From: Leptospiraceae bacterium
GTDB taxonomy: Bacteria; Spirochaetota; Leptospiria; Leptospirales; Leptospiraceae
Assembly (NCBI GenBank): GCA_024233835.1
Contig: JACKPC010000001.1
Location: 1,541,442 to 1,605,441 of the forward strand
Length of the DNA: 64,000 nucleotides
Direction of reading: 5' to 3'
A program made the position numbers and the translations under genes. Below the pieces are notes generated by a model. That model ran no database searches and had not been told where the DNA came from. It saw only the letters and a list, made by a program, of their open reading frames with translations. Shown in pieces: positions 1 through 10,425 of this stretch (its first letter is position 1; each line of letters starts with the position of its first letter).

Positions 1-696
1 CGTAAAGAAGTCAGTGTATTAAAAAATATAAACTTAAATCTTTATCCGGGTGAACTGGTCTGTCTTATAGGTTCTAACGGAGCCGGCAAGTCAAGCCTGA
101 TTAAAACTATATTAGGAATACATAAACCACTTTCGGGAAAAATTTATCTTTATAATAAAGATACAACGCAATTAAGCATTTCAGAACTCTCCCGATTTTG
201 TAGTATCGTTTTTAGTTCAAACGGGAATGCCGGACATATGAATGTTCTGGATTTAGTTTCTATGGGACGGTATCCGCACACAGGTTGGTTTGGAAAACTA
301 AAGCAAGAAGATAAAAATTTAATAGATAAAGCTCTGGAAATTACGGGAATTTCAGAACTCGCCCTTAGAAAACTGGATGAATTAAGTGATGGAGAAAAAC
401 AAAGAGCCTATATAGCGAGAGCCATTGCTCAGGACACTCCCCTGCTTCTTTTAGATGAGCCAACCGCCCACATCGATTATCCGGGAAGAATTCTTATTCT
501 GGATTTACTTCTTCGTTTATGCCGGGATGAAAGTAAAACCATATTATTTTCGAGTCACGAATTGGAACTGGCCGCTCGATATGCAAACAGATTTTTCCTG
601 ATAGATAAAGACCAAAACTTAATAGAAGGAACACCAGGGGAAATTCTTCAGTCTAAAGAGTTTTACGAAGTGTTTCAACTGAAAATGGTACAATAG
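1..696 (+). CDS. ABC transporter ATP-binding protein, C-terminal part (5' end outside window); FecE/BtuD-like
   Basis: Frame 1 is open from nt 1. Walker A GSNGAGKSS, ABC signature LSDGEKQR, Walker B LLLLDEP. Stop TAG at 694-696. Confidence 0.8.
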   Translation, partial: RKEVSVLKNINLNLYPGELVCLIGSNGAGKSSLIKTILGIHKPLSGKIYLYNKDTTQLSISELSRFCSIVFSSNGNAGHMNVLDLVSMGRYPHTGWFGKLKQEDKNLIDKALEITGISELALRKLDELSDGEKQRAYIARAIAQDTPLLLLDEPTAHIDYPGRILILDLLLRLCRDESKTILFSSHELELAARYANRFFLIDKDQNLIEGTPGEILQSKEFYEVFQLKMVQ

Positions 697-714
697 AAGG
701 CGAAGCACATAGAA

Positions 715-736
715 GGCGAACCACCGGTGGTTCGCC
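715..736. terminator. perfect 22-bp palindrome GGCGAACCACCGGTGGTTCGCC between convergent genes (bidirectional terminator-like hairpin)
   Basis: Seen directly. Lies between the ABC gene stop (696) and the MCP stop (750). A-run follows. Member of a hairpin family also seen at 34836-34856 and 52526-52549. Confidence 0.5.
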
Positions 737-749
737 TGCGAGAAAAAAA

Positions 750-2447
750 TTACAGTTCAAATTTAGCCAGAATTTGTCCTATTTCACGGCTCGAATCATC
801 CAGTCCCGAAGAAAGTTTTTCCAGCTTTTCAGACTCCTGTAAAATAGACTTAGCAGATTGCAATAAACTCTCTGAAAATGTATTTACAGACTGAATATAT
901 TTTTCCTGTCCGGAAGTATTTTCCTGAATTTGTTTTGAGGACTCTGAAATCTTTTGAATAGAAGTTTCTATAATATGACTGGCTTCCAGTTGGGTGCTAA
1001 AACTTTTTTGAATCTGAATGTTAAAATCATTCACTTCTTTTATTTCTTCTAACATATTTTTTAAAAACTTGGAAGTAGTTTCTACTTTTTCTTTACCATT
1101 CTCTACCGACTTAGCTGTTTTATCAATAGTAGATTTAATGTCCTTTACGCTTGAAATGGTCTTATCTGCTAAATTCGTAATCTCCAGTGCTACTACGGAA
1201 AAACCCTTTCCGGTTTCACCGGCTCTCGCAGCTTCAATCGAGGCATTCAATGAAAGTAAATTTGTCTTATCTGAAATCTCTGTAATAATTTGAATAAAGT
1301 TACTCACCTGGCCTGTACTATCCTTTATCTCATTCATAGCCTGGTTTAAAGTTTGGATACTCTTTTCATTATCCTGAATCTTAAGCATAATCTTATCCAT
1401 AGTTTCAGAAAATTTGTCTATAATCAATTTACTTTCTTCAATAGTTCCGAGGTGCTTCTCCAAATTATCTTTTATTGAAACAGTCTGATGATTTGAATCC
1501 TCTACACTTCTATAAATGGCCTTTGAAGCAATAGAAAGGCTCTCAGCAGTCCGGGTAAAATTATGAGAAGTTTCCATCTGTTCAGAAGAAGAATGGTTTA
1601 AATTTTTAGAATGCTCTTTCAACATACTTACAAATGTATTATTTTTCTCAATTAAGCCCATCAGGTTTTGTAAGACAGAATGCAAATTTTCTTTCATTAT
1701 CCGAAAACTTCTGGCTAAATTTTGTATCTCAAAAACGGCACTTTCCACATCTATAGAAGTTTTTAAAACTCCACCAGAAACTTTTTCAACTTCAGAGGAA
1801 AGTAACAATAAAGGCCTGCTTTGTCTGGAAACAAAAAAGTAAACCAATACACAGCCAAGACTGAGAATTGCCAGGATAAATATAGCCATAGCCTTCCGGA
1901 AACCTTTAAAAAGATATTCGAAAGAGGAAGCCGGCACTCCAACATACCAGATACCTATAACTTCTCCCTCTTTATTTCGAATGGGTTCATAGGCAGTCTG
2001 GTTTAAAACTCCCACAACAACTGCTTCCCCGATATAGGCCTCACCCTTTTTTAAAACTGTATCACTTACAATTTGGGATACTTTGGTTCCGATAGCTCTT
2101 TCCCCGGAAGAAGTCTTCACATTGGTACAAACCCTTACATCACCCAGAAAAATAGTAGCAGTATCTCCATTCGTTAAATCCCGGACTTTATCAACAATTT
2201 CATAATTCTCATTGATAAGAGTCTTACCCTTATATAATTTCCCTTCCTGAAATGACCAATCACCCGGAATCTTTGCTTCGATATAAGCTCTTCCAAGAGC
2301 CAGATCTGTCTTGAGTTTATTATGAACATTTTCCATCAACTTTGACCGAAAGGTGAAATAAGAAAAGGTAGCAATAAGAATTGCACCTAAAGACATAAGG
2401 GATAAAAATAATGCGAGGATTTGGTACTTAAACGAAACACTTTTCAA
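750..2447 (-). CDS. methyl-accepting chemotaxis protein (N-terminal TM, periplasmic Cache-like domain, HAMP, MA domain)
   Basis: Highly conserved MCP signalling motif [21 protein letters not shown]. Two predicted TM segments. Confidence 0.9.
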   Translation of the reverse strand: MKSVSFKYQILALFLSLMSLGAILIATFSYFTFRSKLMENVHNKLKTDLALGRAYIEAKIPGDWSFQEGKLYKGKTLINENYEIVDKVRDLTNGDTATIFLGDVRVCTNVKTSSGERAIGTKVSQIVSDTVLKKGEAYIGEAVVVGVLNQTAYEPIRNKEGEVIGIWYVGVPASSFEYLFKGFRKAMAIFILAILSLGCVLVYFFVSRQSRPLLLLSSEVEKVSGGVLKTSIDVESAVFEIQNLARSFRIMKENLHSVLQNLMGLIEKNNTFVSMLKEHSKNLNHSSSEQMETSHNFTRTAESLSIASKAIYRSVEDSNHQTVSIKDNLEKHLGTIEESKLIIDKFSETMDKIMLKIQDNEKSIQTLNQAMNEIKDSTGQVSNFIQIITEISDKTNLLSLNASIEAARAGETGKGFSVVALEITNLADKTISSVKDIKSTIDKTAKSVENGKEKVETTSKFLKNMLEEIKEVNDFNIQIQKSFSTQLEASHIIETSIQKISESSKQIQENTSGQEKYIQSVNTFSESLLQSAKSILQESEKLEKLSSGLDDSSREIGQILAKFEL

Positions 2448-2595
2448 TGAATTTCTCCGGCTAAAGAATGCGCAACTTTCAGTTTTGCAAAGAAATAAAA
2501 AATAGCAATGAATAAAATCTTATATTTCAAAAATTATGGGTACATAAAAAAAGCTCTCGATTCCGAGAGCTTATCACAGGAGTAGACAGTTCTGT

Positions 2596-3786
2596 CTAAT
2601 TATTCATAGGTCTTCTTAAGTATGTAGGTATGTCGTAGTCTTCATTGAAATTATAAGGATTACCGGCCCTCTGACCGCGGATAGACCTTGTAATCTCAAT
2701 AGTTTCTTTTTCGGGTTCTTTTTCTTTCTCTTTAGGAATTCCAATTACACGTTGACGATTTGGCATTTCGTGTTTAATTTCTTCTTTTTCACGAAAGTCT
2801 TTCTTTATAGGAGTAACATTGGAAGCTGTTTTACGGTTAAAACCGGTAGCGATTACCGTTACGCGTATTTTATCCTGAAGAGAAGAATCAGAATTTAAGC
2901 CAATGATGATATTCGAATTAGAATCTACCTGAGAAGTAATAATTTGGGAAACTTCGTTCCAATCGTGAATAGTCAGATCCGTTCCACCACTCACATTGAT
3001 AAGAAGTGAAGTGGCTCCGGAAACTGAAGTTTCTTCCAGAAGAACATTGTTTATAGCATTCTCAACTGCATTGGCTACTTTATTATCACCTTCACCTTCA
3101 CCCACGCCCATAATGGCATCACCGGTATCTTTCATAATTGTGCGAACATCAGCAAAGTCTACGTTGATAATTCCTGGATTATTAATAATATCACTGATGC
3201 CTTTTACTGCATTCACCAGAATATCATCAATAACTTTAAAAGCCATATCAATGGAAGTAGAACGATCTACTACCTTAAAAATCGAATCATTCTTGATTGT
3301 AATAAGCGTGTCCACATGCTGTCTCATTTTTTCGAGACCGCGTTTAGCCTGGTCGCCTCTCCTTCTACCTTCAAAAGCAAAAGGAACGGTTACAACTCCC
3401 ACTACAAGACATTTTAATTCCCTTGCTACTTCTGCGATAATCGGAGCTGCACCTGTACCGGTTCCGCCTCCCATACCGGCAGTGATAAAAACCATATCTG
3501 CACCCTTAAGGGCCTGGGTGATCTTGTCTTTATCTTCTGCAGCAGACTTTTCCCCAATTTCAGGATCTCCACCGGCCCCCATACCGCGGGTTATTTTATG
3601 TCCGAGCTGAAGCTTATTTTCTATGCTCGACTTTGCCAGCACCTGCTGGTCTGTATTCATAATAATAAATTCAACACCCCTGAGATTGGAGTTCAGCATG
3701 CGACTCACCGCATTCATTCCGCCTCCTCCAACACCCACAACCTTAATGGTTACCGGACTGGTTCTTTCTTCTTCCATGTACATCAT
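2596..3786 (-). CDS. ftsZ: cell division GTPase FtsZ
   Basis: Tubulin signature [17 protein letters not shown]-terminal motif, full-length alignment-level similarity to FtsZ. True start may be the 4th Met (3777). Confidence 0.95.
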   Translation of the reverse strand: MMYMEEERTSPVTIKVVGVGGGGMNAVSRMLNSNLRGVEFIIMNTDQQVLAKSSIENKLQLGHKITRGMGAGGDPEIGEKSAAEDKDKITQALKGADMVFITAGMGGGTGTGAAPIIAEVARELKCLVVGVVTVPFAFEGRRRGDQAKRGLEKMRQHVDTLITIKNDSIFKVVDRSTSIDMAFKVIDDILVNAVKGISDIINNPGIINVDFADVRTIMKDTGDAIMGVGEGEGDNKVANAVENAINNVLLEETSVSGATSLLINVSGGTDLTIHDWNEVSQIITSQVDSNSNIIIGLNSDSSLQDKIRVTVIATGFNRKTASNVTPIKKDFREKEEIKHEMPNRQRVIGIPKEKEKEPEKETIEITRSIRGQRAGNPYNFNEDYDIPTYLRRPMNN

Positions 3787-3797
3787 AGGACAACACC

Positions 3798-5042
3798 TTA
3801 TAAATTAGTTTCCATCCAACGCCAGACCTTTTTAGACCAGCTATCTTTTTCCTGTGAGTTATATAGTTTTTGGGGCCGTTTTGTATCTATTTGTAAACTT
3901 CTGGCCACATACTTGATGAGTCCTACCGCAGTTGAATACTCCGGTGAAGCCACTCGTTCTGCAAGTCCAGTAAGTCCTGCCGGCTTGGCCCTTCCGACAG
4001 ATAATTCTAAAACTTCTTCTGCTAAAACATCAATTCCCTGCAAGAGACTTGTTCCACCCGTGAGAATAACTCCCCCCGCTAAGAAAGATTTTTTACCGGA
4101 GGTTTCTAATTCATTATTCACGAGTTCTAAAATTTCTTTTACCCTGGGGGCAATAATTCGAATTAAATCCTGACGAAGAACTACACGGGGAACTCTTCCG
4201 CTGGTAGCGGGAACTTCGATCTTCTCGGTAGGATCCACATCATTAATCATAGTATGGCCGTAACGCTTTTTGATAAGTTCTGCGGCTTCAACAGGGGTTT
4301 TTAAACCTATAGAAATATCATTTGTAATGTGGTTTCCACCGAAGGGAATTACACAGGAGAAGGCAATTCCTCCATCGATATAAACCACTACATCTGTAAT
4401 GCCGGCTCCTATATCTACTACAGCCGTTCCGAGTTCTTTTTCTCCACTGGTAAGTACTGCTTCCGAGGAAGCAAAACTGGAGAGAACCTTGTCTATCTGG
4501 GAAAGTCCTGCCATTTCCAGACATTTATCTATATTATGAATTGTAGTAATGCCTGCAGTAACAATGTGAACATCGGCTTCAAGGCGAACTCCGGTCATTC
4601 CGAGAGGTTCTTTAATATTTGTCTGGTCATCAACTGCGAATTCCCTCGAAAGTACATGCAGGATTTGCTGGTCGGTAGGGATGCGAATGGACTGGGCGGC
4701 TTCTATGACTCTTCTGACATCACTTTCAATTACCGTACGTTCTTTGTTTGTGATGGCCACCACGCCCCTTGAATTGTCTGCTTTGATAGTTTTACCGGTA
4801 ATGTTTACGATTACACTATCCAGATCCTGACCAGACATCAGGGCTGCATCATCGATGGCTTCAATAATTGATTTGGTAGTTGTTTCGAGGTTAATGATGG
4901 CACCATTTTTAATGCCGGTGCATCGAGACGTACCGGTTCCGATGATTTCTATTTCGTTTTCCTTAATCGGTCTCCCTACAACAACCTTGACTAAAGAGGA
5001 ACCCAGATCCAGTGCAGCTATTCCATTGTATAAATCTTGCAT
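3798..5042 (-). CDS. ftsA: cell division protein FtsA (actin-like ATPase)
   Basis: N-terminal ALDLGSS...[11 protein letters not shown] and GGT motifs of the actin/HSP70 fold. Lies immediately upstream of ftsZ. Confidence 0.9.
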   Translation of the reverse strand: MQDLYNGIAALDLGSSLVKVVVGRPIKENEIEIIGTGTSRCTGIKNGAIINLETTTKSIIEAIDDAALMSGQDLDSVIVNITGKTIKADNSRGVVAITNKERTVIESDVRRVIEAAQSIRIPTDQQILHVLSREFAVDDQTNIKEPLGMTGVRLEADVHIVTAGITTIHNIDKCLEMAGLSQIDKVLSSFASSEAVLTSGEKELGTAVVDIGAGITDVVVYIDGGIAFSCVIPFGGNHITNDISIGLKTPVEAAELIKKRYGHTMINDVDPTEKIEVPATSGRVPRVVLRQDLIRIIAPRVKEILELVNNELETSGKKSFLAGGVILTGGTSLLQGIDVLAEEVLELSVGRAKPAGLTGLAERVASPEYSTAVGLIKYVARSLQIDTKRPQKLYNSQEKDSWSKKVWRWMETNL

Positions 5043-5048
5043 AATCCC

Positions 5049-5804
5049 TTAATAATAAACCGCGTCATCTCCCCTAAGATCTAAAAGACCTACCTTGTTT
5101 TTCTTCTTTTCAAAGTAAGCCAAAGAGGAATATAACTTCCTCACCTGTTTCCGATTTAGAGTATCTCCCATAAGAACTTTCATCCTCATAGGTCGATAGA
5201 TAAAGATACTGATCTCTCCATCGGAACCGAGAACAACTTCCGAAATCCTATCCATAAGAACAGGAAATTGTCCAAAATTTTCCCAGACAGTTTCCGCAAA
5301 ATCCCGGAATTTCGTGTCCTTGTTGTTTTTCGGATTAAAGCTAAAGTCACCACTGAGAATGATTACGGAGGTATCTACAACGAAGTTTGAGGAAATGATA
5401 TTGAAATCCTCATCTATCTCGTAGAGGTTGTCTCCTGTATTTACAATAAACCTGGCATCTCTCTCAATAATTGAGAGCAGAAGCCTGGTTCCCGATCTCT
5501 GCACCAACCTTGCATCCTTTATCCGGGGATGCTCTTTTACCCGTTCTTCTATTTCATCCAGGTTATAATCCTTAATGGATAGACCCTGTTTTAAGTCTAA
5601 TAAATGAATAATCTCTTCTTTACTTAACTTCTTATGTCCCGTAATCAGGATTTTCTCCACAGAATCTCGCGATTTAATCCTGTCTCCCATGGCCAGATCG
5701 TAAATGAAATAGATGCAGGAAGCAGCTATAAACAAAATTACGTTGACCTTGAGAAAATTCCAATTTTTCCCCGGAGGCTTAATTTCTAATTCAGGACTTT
5801 CCAT
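5049..5804 (-). CDS. ftsQ: FtsQ/DivIB-like cell division protein
   Basis: 251 aa with a short cytoplasmic N-terminus, one TM and a POTRA-like region. Its position directly upstream of ftsA-ftsZ supports the call. Confidence 0.6.
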   Translation of the reverse strand: MESPELEIKPPGKNWNFLKVNVILFIAASCIYFIYDLAMGDRIKSRDSVEKILITGHKKLSKEEIIHLLDLKQGLSIKDYNLDEIEERVKEHPRIKDARLVQRSGTRLLLSIIERDARFIVNTGDNLYEIDEDFNIISSNFVVDTSVIILSGDFSFNPKNNKDTKFRDFAETVWENFGQFPVLMDRISEVVLGSDGEISIFIYRPMRMKVLMGDTLNRKQVRKLYSSLAYFEKKKNKVGLLDLRGDDAVYY

Positions 5805-5974
5805 CTCAGGGAATTATATCTCTTTAGTAATTGATTATCCATAATGTCAATAGAGAAAAAATGTACAACCATTATATTTATCGGAAACAGGTTTTTTTTA
5901 AAATAAATTTTTTTATGAACAAAAAAAAAGATTCTGTCTCATTAGATTTCTGGCGAAAGAACAGGAGTGAAGAT

Positions 5975-6049
5975 GGGTGAACGACGGGATTTGAACCCGC
6001 GACCACCAGAGCCACAATCTGGTGCTCTACCAACTGAGCTACGCCCACC
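5975..6049 (-). tRNA. tRNA-His (anticodon GTG)
   Basis: Reverse complement folds as a cloverleaf with extra 5' G(-1) pairing to C73, which is typical of tRNA-His. Anticodon loop TTGTGGC, T-loop GGTTCAAATCC. Confidence 0.85.
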
Positions 6050-6058
6050 ATATATCTA

Positions 6059-6132
6059 TGACCCGGAAGGGATTCGAACCCCTGACCATCTGCTTAGAAG
6101 GCAGATGCTCTATCCAGCTGAGCTACCGGGTC
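6059..6132 (-). tRNA. tRNA-Arg (anticodon TCT)
   Basis: Acceptor GACCCGG/CCGGGTC, D-arm GCTCAGCTGGATAGAGC, anticodon loop CTTCTAA, T-loop GGTTCGAATCC. Confidence 0.85.
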
Positions 6133-6139
6133 AAATGGA

Positions 6140-6211
<72 letters not shown>

Positions 6212-6264
6212 CAATCCGTAAATGCTAATATTTTAGACTCTCTTTTTCTGTCAATAGATATTGT

Positions 6265-6513
6265 CTAAAAAGGTTTTCCTTCCTTAAGTAGCTTTTTCTT
6301 AATTCTTAATTCACCATTAATCATTGACTGCAAACCGCTCCCTGAAGAGATGAAGGGAATACTATTGTTATTTTTAAAATGCGTATGATTCTTGCACTCC
6401 GCAAGCAGATGTAGTTCTTTGAGTTCTCCATTGATGAGAGCTTCTTTCGTTCCAGCCCTGTATTTGTTTTTCTCGATAAAAAGCATCACATTCCTCAAAG
6501 TAAACCAGTTCAA
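6265..6513 (-). CDS. hypothetical small protein (82 aa) at island edge
   Basis: ORF only. No recognisable motif. Confidence 0.3.
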   Translation of the reverse strand: MNWFTLRNVMLFIEKNKYRAGTKEALINGELKELHLLAECKNHTHFKNNNSIPFISSGSGLQSMINGELRIKKKLLKEGKPF

Positions 6514-6562
6514 GCGGAAGCCTGGCTTCGGCTCATTTCACTCTCTCAGCCGTCGCAGTTAA

Positions 6563-6964
6563 TCAAGAGAGGAGCCTATCAGTATCTTCCTCAATATCTT
6601 TATTTTCTTCTATCATCCCTTCTAAAATACTGGCGGATGTAGTTGTATTGCGTTCTATTGACTTAACAATTTCTTCCAACTTATTCAGCTTATCTAATAT
6701 ATCTCTCGAATTTCTTTGGCTATCCAATGCTATAGAACAAAGATTAAATACCATGTGATATAAATTCTCAAATAATTCTTCTGTTAGTGATGAGCATTCA
6801 CTATCTTCTAATTCATATTCTAAATAGGAAATTTTATCAATTCTATTTTCAATATCAGCAAGAATAGAAGAATTATAGTATCCTAACTCTCTCATTTCTT
6901 TTACTTGAGAACTCAAGATATTTATTCTTTCCCTGTAATCTATTTCTTCGTAGTAATTATCCAT
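6563..6964 (-). CDS. hypothetical acidic coiled-coil protein (133 aa), downstream of the ATPase/subtilase pair
   Basis: ORF, same strand, about 96 bp after the subtilase stop. AT-rich, like the rest of the island. Confidence 0.4.
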   Translation of the reverse strand: MDNYYEEIDYRERINILSSQVKEMRELGYYNSSILADIENRIDKISYLEYELEDSECSSLTEELFENLYHMVFNLCSIALDSQRNSRDILDKLNKLEEIVKSIERNTTTSASILEGMIEENKDIEEDTDRLLS

Positions 6965-7060
6965 TGTTTGTATTTAAAAAAGTATTTTTAATATACCCCG
7001 CATTCAGTACTATTACAAAATATTTAAACGAGTAGTAATTCAATTTTGTTTAAAACTTTT

Positions 7061-9370
7061 TCAAGTAATATTCTGTATTCTTTCTTGAATTAAATTTGAA
7101 ATTCTATTGTAAAGATCATAATTTAAAGCTTCCTTATCTTTTATGATAATTGATAATACATAATTCTCATATTCATTTGTAATATCTTTTGCCCAAGGAA
7201 AGTCATTTCTTGTAACTACAACATAATATTTAGAGAAATCTTTAAAACTCATAAACGACCAAGTAGAAGATTGAATAGTTCCTTTACCTCTTAATTTTGA
7301 AGAGATATTACGATTATTATTTACTTCTGGAATGTTCTTATATTCATCTTTTGGAGTCGATTTATCAAACATTGTGCTTATTTCTTCTAAATTATTACCT
7401 CTTACTAATTTAAAGAACATTCTAACTGCACGATATTTGACGCGAGTATTTTTAACTGGAGAAAAGTAAGATAAAGTAATTGTAATTTCTCTCTTTCTTT
7501 GTCCTGAGAAAAATTCATCTGGTAAAGGAAGCTCAAAAAAATGGTTTTTATTATTTTCAATACTTTCTATCGCATAAAGAACTATAACATCATTTCCAGA
7601 TTTATATAAAAAATCTTCATTTACTTTTCCATATCCTACCATTTTAATCTTTTTCTCATCTTCAATGCTATCAGAAAAAACTATATTATCATGCTCCGCC
7701 ATTCCTACCAATAAAGCTCTTATTAATAATATATTTTCGATTTGACTTTGTACCAGTAACTTTCCTGCCAAATTAGTAATATATGGTGTAGAAAAACTTG
7801 TTCCACAGTTTTCTGAAAATATTTTTCCATCCAAAAAAGAAGAATTTAGTGATAATTCACCAAGTCCATGTTTGTGAATCAAACTAGTTCTATAATCAAA
7901 TGCTAAATTTCCACCATAAGCTACTAATTCTGGTTTTATACTTTCAGCAATACCGAAACCAATTCGAGAAAAAGGTGAGAGAGAATTTCTTGGTGCAATC
8001 GGTTGGTAAGAAGGATCATTAGGATATTTTATAGAAGATCTCGTTTGATCATATCTTGCGATACTTCCAACTGTAAGGGAATTTATTGAGTTTGAAGGTT
8101 CCAGAATATTATGGCCATTAAAAAAATATTCTGGATAATCATATCCGTTAAGAATTTCATCTTTTATAATGCTGGAGTCAATATTTCCGGTAGATATAAT
8201 AAATAATACTCCAAGTTCATGAGCAAGATTATCTAATATCATAGATAAAGAACTCGGTTTACCTCCTTTATAAGGTCTTTTGGAATCTCCTATCGATAAA
8301 TTAAATATTTTACAATTATATTCATTATGAAGTTCTCTTACTGCAAATTCGATTTGGTTTTCTATAAATTCAGGATGATATGCACTCTCTCGATCCAACA
8401 CCCTTCCACTAATTATCCAAAAATCTGGAATAAAACTATTATTTTCTAAATTAGCAGCAACATCCCCATACAAAGCAATTCCGGCAACAGATGTACCATG
8501 GCCACTTTCATCTTCAGAGGCTAATCCTTTTATATATGACTTTGTATCTCCAATAGAAGGTGATAATAATGGATGTCCTGAAGAAATACCACTATCCAAA
8601 ATAGCAATTCTGGGAGCTTTATCATCTGGAGCAACTGGTTGTGCTATGTTTTCAATATCAAAATTTAATAGAGAATACTTTAGGGTAAAATTTGGAGGTA
8701 CGTCAATAGTACGTACATCTCGATATTTAAATAATTCTTTATAATTAAAATGATTGCATTTGGCACGTAAGATTGTAAGAAATTTTTTAGAAATTTGATC
8801 TAAGATTTGAATATTATTTTTAGAAACAAAATTTTTAAATGCAAAAATCATTTGTTCTCTATGATAATTATTTTCTGTTGGCCATAATTCTATATCTAAC
8901 AAAAAGTCTTCAGTATCGGGTAAGCCTTCTCTTTTTAATACTTCGCCTTTTCTATCTTCTTCTGTCCATAGTTTAAATTCCCTTGATGCTTCAATCAATT
9001 CTTTTCGAGTAACTTTTCCTGTTGAAGCAAAAGTAGATAAACGCTTTTCAAATTCCTCCAAGGCATTTTCAGAAGCAAATAAAAGAACAATTTCATTACT
9101 TTCTTGGCTTACAATTGTTATACCTTCTATTGACTCAAAACCTGTCGGATCAAAACTTTCCATAGTTTTTAATTTTAATAATAGTCTATCATCAAAACCG
9201 GATATTTCTTCTGATTTTCTTATTATCTTAATAAGTTCTAATTCATCTTTTAATTTTTGTGCATGTGCACTTTTATCCCCGGTAAATTTTTTAGGATTAA
9301 AAGGTTTTCCTCTTCGCTCGTTAATTACTGTTTCTCTTTGGAATTGAATATGTTCGTAAATTTCAGGCAT
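7061..9370 (-). CDS. cytoplasmic S8 family subtilisin-like serine peptidase (IetS-like)
   Basis: Catalytic triad motifs in order D (AILDSGIS), H (GHGTSVAGIA), S (GTSFSTPYI). No signal peptide. About 240-aa N-terminal extension. Start overlaps the upstream ATPase stop (TAATG). Confidence 0.8.
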   Translation of the reverse strand: MPEIYEHIQFQRETVINERRGKPFNPKKFTGDKSAHAQKLKDELELIKIIRKSEEISGFDDRLLLKLKTMESFDPTGFESIEGITIVSQESNEIVLLFASENALEEFEKRLSTFASTGKVTRKELIEASREFKLWTEEDRKGEVLKREGLPDTEDFLLDIELWPTENNYHREQMIFAFKNFVSKNNIQILDQISKKFLTILRAKCNHFNYKELFKYRDVRTIDVPPNFTLKYSLLNFDIENIAQPVAPDDKAPRIAILDSGISSGHPLLSPSIGDTKSYIKGLASEDESGHGTSVAGIALYGDVAANLENNSFIPDFWIISGRVLDRESAYHPEFIENQIEFAVRELHNEYNCKIFNLSIGDSKRPYKGGKPSSLSMILDNLAHELGVLFIISTGNIDSSIIKDEILNGYDYPEYFFNGHNILEPSNSINSLTVGSIARYDQTRSSIKYPNDPSYQPIAPRNSLSPFSRIGFGIAESIKPELVAYGGNLAFDYRTSLIHKHGLGELSLNSSFLDGKIFSENCGTSFSTPYITNLAGKLLVQSQIENILLIRALLVGMAEHDNIVFSDSIEDEKKIKMVGYGKVNEDFLYKSGNDVIVLYAIESIENNKNHFFELPLPDEFFSGQRKREITITLSYFSPVKNTRVKYRAVRMFFKLVRGNNLEEISTMFDKSTPKDEYKNIPEVNNNRNISSKLRGKGTIQSSTWSFMSFKDFSKYYVVVTRNDFPWAKDITNEYENYVLSIIIKDKEALNYDLYNRISNLIQERIQNIT

Positions 9371-10365
9371 TATTTGTTTTCTCTTAATATATTTTGTCTT
9401 GATTCTTCTCGTAGATATGAAGTTTCTATATATCTATCTTCCAAAAATTCTTTTCCTTGCATTATCATTTCCTTAATTGCTCTACGAAGAATTCTTTCTA
9501 TATCAGCATGTGATAATCCCTTAAACTTCTGCGATAACTCATTTATATCTGTACGTAAATTTCTTCTGACACCCCTTAGTTTTAATTCAATCAGTTTTTT
9601 TATTTGTTCTTTATTAGGATAGCTGAAATTTAAAACTTCTTCAAATCTTCTCCATACTGCACTATCTAATGTTTTTTCATGATTGGTAGCGGCAATTAAT
9701 ATGCTATTTCCACGATAACTATCTAACATTTGCAATAAAGCATTGACTACTCGCTTTATTTCTCCATGCTCTGAATTATCGGCTCTTTCTCTACCCAGAG
9801 CATCAAATTCATCAAATAGTACTACCATATTTGTTTTATTGATGAAGTCAAAAACCTTTCTAAGATTTGCCGAGGTTTCTCCAAGATAGGATGAAACGAT
9901 TGAGTCTATTCTAATGATTGCCAAAGGTAATTCTAACTCGAATGCTATGACTTCTGCTGAAATTGTCTTGCCACAACCCGGTGGGCCATAAAATAATATT
10001 TTGTCTACCGGTTTCAAACCATGTAGTTTTAAAATCTCTCCTCGATTATGCTCCAATAAAATTTCTTCCATAATTGACTTGTTTTCATCAGAAAGAATAA
10101 TCTCATCTATTGAGCGGGTAGGGGTAATTATATGGATTAATGGTAAACCTTTTTCTTTATCATTCGGAATTTCAAGATTCAATATTTGAAAAGAATTTTT
10201 TTCTGGTTCTTTTCCATATAAAATTCTTTCTAAATCATTTGCTAATAAGTGATGCTTTTTAGCTCTTTCCTCATTGATTATTTCCTCTGCAACCTGTTTG
10301 AATGAGTCTTTATCTCCAGAAGTGCCAAATTGAATCATCTTGCGTAAAAGTTTTGAACTGGCCAT
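9370..10365 (-). CDS. AAA+ ATPase (IetA-like)
   Basis: Walker A GPPGCGKT, Walker B VVLFDEFD, second region of homology, arginine finger region (AATNHEKTLDSAVWRRF). Translationally coupled to the subtilase. Confidence 0.8.
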   Translation of the reverse strand: MASSKLLRKMIQFGTSGDKDSFKQVAEEIINEERAKKHHLLANDLERILYGKEPEKNSFQILNLEIPNDKEKGLPLIHIITPTRSIDEIILSDENKSIMEEILLEHNRGEILKLHGLKPVDKILFYGPPGCGKTISAEVIAFELELPLAIIRIDSIVSSYLGETSANLRKVFDFINKTNMVVLFDEFDALGRERADNSEHGEIKRVVNALLQMLDSYRGNSILIAATNHEKTLDSAVWRRFEEVLNFSYPNKEQIKKLIELKLRGVRRNLRTDINELSQKFKGLSHADIERILRRAIKEMIMQGKEFLEDRYIETSYLREESRQNILRENK

Positions 10366-10425
10366 TGTTATACCTTATCACCTATTATTTATATAGTATG
10401 TTAAAATCATCAAGTAAAAAAAAAC

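Noticed and set aside
2996-4173. Long + strand ORFs (204 aa, 191 aa) inside ftsZ/ftsA
   Set aside because: Antisense to strongly supported ftsZ/ftsA. Low-complexity S/P/T-rich translations typical of spurious antisense frames.
6212-6600. Integrase at tRNA-proximal island edge
   Set aside because: No tyrosine/serine recombinase-like ORF. Only an 82-aa uncharacterised ORF. The island abuts the tRNA 5' side, not the usual 3' attachment site.
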